Source of the DNA: Promethearchaeota archaeon | Lineage (GTDB): Archaea; Asgardarchaeota; Lokiarchaeia; Sigyniarchaeales; SOKP01 | NCBI GenBank assembly: GCA_008080735.1 | Contig: SHMW01000104.1 | Location: 1 to 12,284, forward strand | Direction of reading: 5' to 3' | Length of the DNA: 12,284 bases | Part shown: positions 8,400 to 12,284 of the stretch, one piece after another | Layout of the letters: the number at the start of each line of letters is the position of its first letter | How positions within the stretch are numbered: the first letter of the stretch is position 1 | The notes under the pieces: generated by a model | What the model was told of the DNA's origin: nothing | The model's database searches: none | Seen by the model: the letters and a program-made list of their open reading frames with translations, nothing else | Made by a program: the position numbers and the translations under genes

Positions 8400-8631
8400 A
8401 TTTATTACCTAAAAAAACCATAGGACAGAAGAAATAAAATCTGGTCTTAACCATATTCTAAAAGATGGATTTACATCACAGATTATGGTAAATTTGGATT
8501 CTGGTACTTTTTTAATCTGCTAGTTCAAGAACTCTTGTTTTTAGAGCTTCACTACTCCCCATCTCTTCTAGATAGAAGGGTTGAAGATGTTTTCCTACAA
8601 AGATTAGGTCATAGATGAGGGAATAGACTCT

Positions 8632-8684
8632 CATCTCAATGTAAGAGTGTCTCACTGTAAGAGTTAGGCTCTGACATTGAGATG
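8632..8684. repeat. 16-bp inverted repeat with one mismatch
   Basis: CATCTCAATGT-A-AGAG (8632-8647) pairs with CTCT-G-ACATTGAGATG (8669-8684). TGTAAGAGT is also directly repeated at 8640-8648 and 8656-8664. Confidence 0.6.
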
Positions 8685-8723
8685 GTAGATTTGGTTGAAT
8701 TAATCCATGAATCTCTAAAATAA
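8661..8723 (+). pseudogene. Orphan 3' fragment of a second GlcF/HdrD-family gene
   Basis: Translates as ELGSDIEMVDLVELIHESLK*, versus ELNSEMKMIDLVQLIYDSLN (8331-8390) in the upstream gene: 11/20 identical with no gaps. An in-frame TAA at 8658-8660 lies immediately upstream. Confidence 0.7.
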
Positions 8724-8752
8724 AACAAAATAAGGTAATAAATTTTGCTCCT

Positions 8753-9862
8753 TTAAATAAATAAGAATTCTTGTCTCTCACCAACAGCTTCGGGGATCTG
8801 AGTCTCTAAATTAAATCGATTTTTTAAAATACGAGAAAGACTTAGAGCCTCAATAGTTCTGCCCTCTTCCCAAAAATCTATGTCGCAAATAAGATTTGAG
8901 AGGTGTATGATGGAATCTATTGTTGGTGTGTCAATTTTTAAGAATCTTCCTAAGGATGCTAATGGAACTAATCCAGTAGGCACATCTTCAGTGAAATACC
9001 TAGTTTTTAACTCCGATGGTGCGTCAATTCCCTTATAGACACTTATTTTCTGAAGTGTGTCATAAATATTTTTCCCAGATTCTCCATACACTTGTTTAGC
9101 CCAGCTACAAAAATCAAATCTCCTCAAGCCTATCTTTTTCAAAATTTGATTAATTTCGGTTTGTAGTTTTTCAAGGATTTTACATATACTTTTTGAAGCC
9201 CCTTCTCCATAAAATTTGAAATTAAGTCCAGTTTCAATTGCTCCTGAATTTAGTAAAGCTACCGATGGATGTAAGAGCATACCTATATTATTTAGAGTAA
9301 GTTGAAAATAATTTTTGGCTGGAATTAGTTGTGGAAAAAAGGCTTTTAATTTCTTATGAATGTAAGGATTCTCATTTACACGAAAGGAAGAAAATTTCAC
9401 ACTATCTTTTATTTTATGTATTCTAACCATATCTTTTTCTAAGCTTCTTGATGTGAATAAAAGAGTTTGAGTTTCAGCGATATAGACTTTCAAATTTTTT
9501 CGCTGCTGTTTAATATATTTACTAACCTCAACAGATCCAAAAGTTCTTCCAGGATTAAGTAGTATTATCTGATCATCAGTTAAAAATGGAGCAAGTTTCT
9601 TTGCCATTTCTTTATGTGCGGAGGCAGGTACCACTACCATTAAAATATCTGTATTTTTTACTGCCTTTTCAAGATTTTGGGTGATTTTCGCTAAAGGATA
9701 GAACCCGTATATTGCCCCTTCAGCTCTAATTCCACCAGAATTTTTTATATGTTTTATTCGCGAGGGGGATCGATTATAAAGATTTACTGGATAATTCAAT
9801 GAAGATAAATACGCAGCTACAGCTCTTCCTCCAGATCCCGCACCAATTACACAGAATTTCAA
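8753..9862 (-). CDS. NAD/NADP octopine/nopaline (opine) dehydrogenase family protein
   Basis: VIGAGSGG Rossmann motif; LNPGRTFG; AETQTL; NIGMLLHP (catalytic His); FKFYGEG; RYFTEDVPTGLVP (catalytic Asp). TTG start with AGGTGA RBS at 9873-9878 inside the upstream gene. Confidence 0.92.
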   Translation of the reverse strand: MKFCVIGAGSGGRAVAAYLSSLNYPVNLYNRSPSRIKHIKNSGGIRAEGAIYGFYPLAKITQNLEKAVKNTDILMVVVPASAHKEMAKKLAPFLTDDQIILLNPGRTFGSVEVSKYIKQQRKNLKVYIAETQTLLFTSRSLEKDMVRIHKIKDSVKFSSFRVNENPYIHKKLKAFFPQLIPAKNYFQLTLNNIGMLLHPSVALLNSGAIETGLNFKFYGEGASKSICKILEKLQTEINQILKKIGLRRFDFCSWAKQVYGESGKNIYDTLQKISVYKGIDAPSELKTRYFTEDVPTGLVPLASLGRFLKIDTPTIDSIIHLSNLICDIDFWEEGRTIEALSLSRILKNRFNLETQIPEAVGERQEFLFI

Positions 9863-9864
9863 GA

Positions 9865-11592
9865 TTATGTACTCACCTTTTCATTTTGATTCTCACTTAT
9901 CAATTCAACATTATAATCGTCTAAGTCAAGTAAAATCTCCGAAATTCTTTCTATTTCACTGATAGGTTCATTATATTCATTTATAGAATCATAACCCCCC
10001 TTAATTACCTTTGTCTTAATCATACCCTTACCAAATCTGTTATTCTTTAGATGGGGGGCGTCAAAAATTCCCAATTCAACCAGTCGGGATAAGATAGAGG
10101 GATTTAACCAAGGACATTCAATATTTTCATGATCTCTTGTTAATCGAGGGATTAAGTTGACAATCCATTTAGCTTGTTTTATTAATGATTCTTTTCTCTC
10201 ATTATATAATTTATTATCTAATCTAACATTACTTGAGCTCATCTTTTTAACGACTTGATCAACAATTTGACAACTTTCGATTATATCTTCGGGAAACGCC
10301 GCATGTGAAGCCTCTGAAAAACTAACCACATGGATAATATTGGGCTTTAATAATAGCTGAATCAAACTAGACGCTGCTAATTGTCCTTTAGCTTTATTAG
10401 TATTCAATGGAAAACTTGCTAAACCCGTTCTAACTTGCGTAATGATCCTAAATGAATCATTTTCTAAGGTTTTAAGCAATTCGTTTTTTGCTAATATCTT
10501 CGCTAAATCCATTTCAAAAGATATATTTGGCGGAGTATTAAACATATACTGAGCAATAAAATGTTTAACACCTAGTTTTTTAGCAATTATTCCACATAAA
10601 TACATATCAGCGACAGCAATTGCATCCGGTGCATTTCTCAGACTCCAATGATGAGGATCATTTATTTCTACAGGAATCGAACGCTTTCCATGCCATCTAA
10701 TTGCCTCTAGATGTTGCTGAATCGATCTTCTTAATGAGAGGGGGCCTCTTCGGTCCATTTGGTTAAACCAGAAAATTGGAATTGCTGCCCACGCATTATT
10801 AATCGTCTTATTGTAGAGTTTGGCCAATTTGATGAAATCTCTTGTTCCTGCATAAATCCGTAATAATGGTGTATTTCCATATTGACGAGCCTTATCGAGT
10901 TTATTAAAATCATCTACATTTCGTAGAGGAACTCCACCTGCGCCTGATAATTCTTCTTTTTGTTCTTGTGGATGAAAAAAATTTTCTTGAGTATTCTGAT
11001 CGGGAGCAATCGAAATAACATCGAGAACCTTTGCTTCAGCTATTTTTTTTATGCCTTGAAGTGTCCTCTCTAAACTGGGGAGACCGAAATGCGCTCTTAT
11101 TAATGGAAATGGTTTTTTCCATTCCAAACGTGAGATTAATGAAGAAGGTATATCCGAAGAATGATTTATTTTATTATGAACGTTTTCATTTTTTAATATC
11201 GAAATGATTTCATATCGTGATTCATCTCCAATAAAGTATCTGTCAAATTGCTTAAATTGCTTAACTATCTCTATAACTTTTGCGGTACCCGCAAAATAGA
11301 GCTGCTCTGCTTGATGATCTAATTTTTGATACTTCCTAAAAAATGATTTAAGTAAGGGTTTAACAGTTTCAGGTGTCAAACGATAACTCAATCCAATAAT
11401 ATCAGGTTGGTGCTTTTTGATTGATTTAATTACATCTGATATAGAATTAGCAGGACCTAAAAAAATGCAATTATAACCCAATTTTTCAGCTATACTAATA
11501 AAATTCTGAGTTCCAGCTACATGTACACATTGGCCGATGCTTGCAGTAAGTATTATCTTTTCTTTTTTAAATTTTAATTGATTTTTATCCAT
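9865..11592 (-). CDS. Cobalamin-dependent mutase-like protein: N-terminal B12-binding domain fused to a GlmE-like TIM barrel
   Basis: GQCVHVAG (DxHxxG variant); FLG; PDIIGLSYRL; YFAGT. The C-terminal region is collinear with remembered glutamate mutase E motifs (e.g. GLASFP..AKG, VSFSEA, GIFDAP...GKG). GAGGT RBS at 11601-11605. Confidence 0.8.
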   Translation of the reverse strand: MDKNQLKFKKEKIILTASIGQCVHVAGTQNFISIAEKLGYNCIFLGPANSISDVIKSIKKHQPDIIGLSYRLTPETVKPLLKSFFRKYQKLDHQAEQLYFAGTAKVIEIVKQFKQFDRYFIGDESRYEIISILKNENVHNKINHSSDIPSSLISRLEWKKPFPLIRAHFGLPSLERTLQGIKKIAEAKVLDVISIAPDQNTQENFFHPQEQKEELSGAGGVPLRNVDDFNKLDKARQYGNTPLLRIYAGTRDFIKLAKLYNKTINNAWAAIPIFWFNQMDRRGPLSLRRSIQQHLEAIRWHGKRSIPVEINDPHHWSLRNAPDAIAVADMYLCGIIAKKLGVKHFIAQYMFNTPPNISFEMDLAKILAKNELLKTLENDSFRIITQVRTGLASFPLNTNKAKGQLAASSLIQLLLKPNIIHVVSFSEASHAAFPEDIIESCQIVDQVVKKMSSSNVRLDNKLYNERKESLIKQAKWIVNLIPRLTRDHENIECPWLNPSILSRLVELGIFDAPHLKNNRFGKGMIKTKVIKGGYDSINEYNEPISEIERISEILLDLDDYNVELISENQNEKVST

Positions 11593-12039
11593 CTAAAATT
11601 ACCTCTAATTAGGAGTTTTTAGAACTTTTAAATATAAAGAAATTATTCTTAATTGAATTTGACAAAATAAATCCATATAATTAAGATTTCCGAAATAATG
11701 CAATTTAGTAATTTTTTAAAAAGCATATTTCTACACATACCATTTAAGTAAAAAATTGTATAAAAATATTGGTATATTTTAAAGAATTTTTGTTCTATCA
11801 AAGAGATTGTTAATTAATTAGACAGTTTTAAAAAAGTTTTTTAATTATTTATTCGATTAATTAATTTGTGTTAAAATATTAAATATATAGCAGTATACAT
11901 CAGATTTAGAAAAAGAGAGATTATATATTTCTATATAATAGTTGATGAAACAAAATGAATTAATAAAATCTTCATATTTCTTGCTTGTATCATAAATTCG
12001 TCTTTTGTGTCATCTCTAATTACTAGTGTTTTAGAATCT

Positions 12040-12200
12040 GATTTTGCTAATAATAAGATTTGAACTACCAGCCCCTAAAAGAGCTGGATTCTTGCTTCAG
12101 CGACCACCGCACCTAAATGGTGTCTTACACGATCTCCACAAGCGTAACTTCCCGTAGTCACTACGGTATGTCATGAAATCACGATGATACCTCTTTCCTC
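12040..12200 (-). ncRNA. Predicted TnpB omegaRNA (reRNA): scaffold plus flank-derived guide; boundaries approximate
   Basis: GC-rich structured tract downstream of tnpB with hairpins CCGTAG-TGA-CTACGG (12152-12166), CACC-ATTTA-GGTG and the terminal hairpin. The predicted guide starts at 12059: 5'-ATCTTATTATTAGCAAAATC. Confidence 0.7.
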
Positions 12201-12284
12201 TAAGAGACGTATTCCTTCTTTCTTAATATTGACCGAGGCGTTCTTATCTCGGTGATGATGCGTGCCACATTCGGGACACGTCCA
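12060..12284 (-). mobile_element. IS200/IS605-family element, right end (partial; runs off the window)
   Basis: tnpB 3' end followed by a subterminal hairpin CCAGCTCT-TTTA-GGGGCTGG (12068-12087) and the terminus TAGTTCAA, with TCAA at 12060-12063; abrupt switch to AT-rich host DNA beyond it. Confidence 0.85.
12171..12284 (-). CDS. tnpB: RNA-guided endonuclease TnpB, C-terminal 37 aa (partial; missed by the ORF track)
   Basis: Minus strand reads [37 protein letters not shown]: second zinc-finger CxxC and the RuvC-III RDxNA motif. Confidence 0.92.
   Translation of the reverse strand, partial: WTCPECGTHHHRDKNASVNIKKEGIRLLEERGIIVIS

Noticed and set aside
8517-8528. CTGCTAGTTCAA resembling the IS right-end terminus CTGGTAGTTCAA
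   Set aside because: No matching subterminal hairpin or further similarity to the omegaRNA; probably chance.
8397-8700. Selenocysteine read-through of the Fe-S gene TGA with a downstream SECIS
   Set aside because: The TGA is at the normal family C-terminus, read-through adds only a few codons, and no Cys-equivalent TGA was seen in any gene.
8512-8784. 90-aa minus-strand ORF after the opine dehydrogenase
   Set aside because: No motif, and the opposite strand carries a recognisable Fe-S gene remnant; not fully excluded as a small third gene.
10731-10913. 60-aa ORF nested in the B12 protein gene
   Set aside because: Out-of-frame internal ORF with no independent support.
11593-11930. Possible cobalamin riboswitch upstream of the B12 operon
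   Set aside because: The region is extremely AT-rich with no B12-box-like sequence or GC stems visible; a covariance search would be decisive.
1-12039. Second in-window target of the TnpB guide, CRISPR array, tRNA or rRNA
   Set aside because: Only short (about 8-9 nt) AT-rich matches to the guide were seen (near 48, 4240 and 5043). No regularly spaced repeats or tRNA/rRNA signatures were found by eye.

Overview
AT-rich prokaryotic window. GGAGGT/AGGTG ribosome-binding sites, oligo-T terminator-like tracts and the gene content suggest an anaerobic archaeon, possibly Asgard/Lokiarchaeia-like; this is inference, and no marker gene is present. Left to right it holds: a membrane protein; a coupled pair of flavodoxin-fold reductases; a C45 Ntn-hydrolase; a small ORF that may be a nucleotidyltransferase tail; a bacterial-type shikimate kinase; a four-gene operon (SCP2 lipid-binding protein, acetoacetate-decarboxylase-like protein, divergent FAD-linked oxidoreductase, CCG-domain Fe-S protein); and an orphan 3' fragment of a second Fe-S gene copy. 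A convergent two-gene operon follows, and then the 3' end of tnpB with its omegaRNA/right end (IS200/IS605 family) at the right edge. The best candidate for an undescribed system is that two-gene operon. It couples a single-chain GlmS-GlmE-like (glutamate-mutase-like) B12 protein, which has a CxHxxG motif and lacks the glutamate-binding arginines, to an opine dehydrogenase. All family comparisons were made by eye against remembered reference motifs and need confirmation by search.
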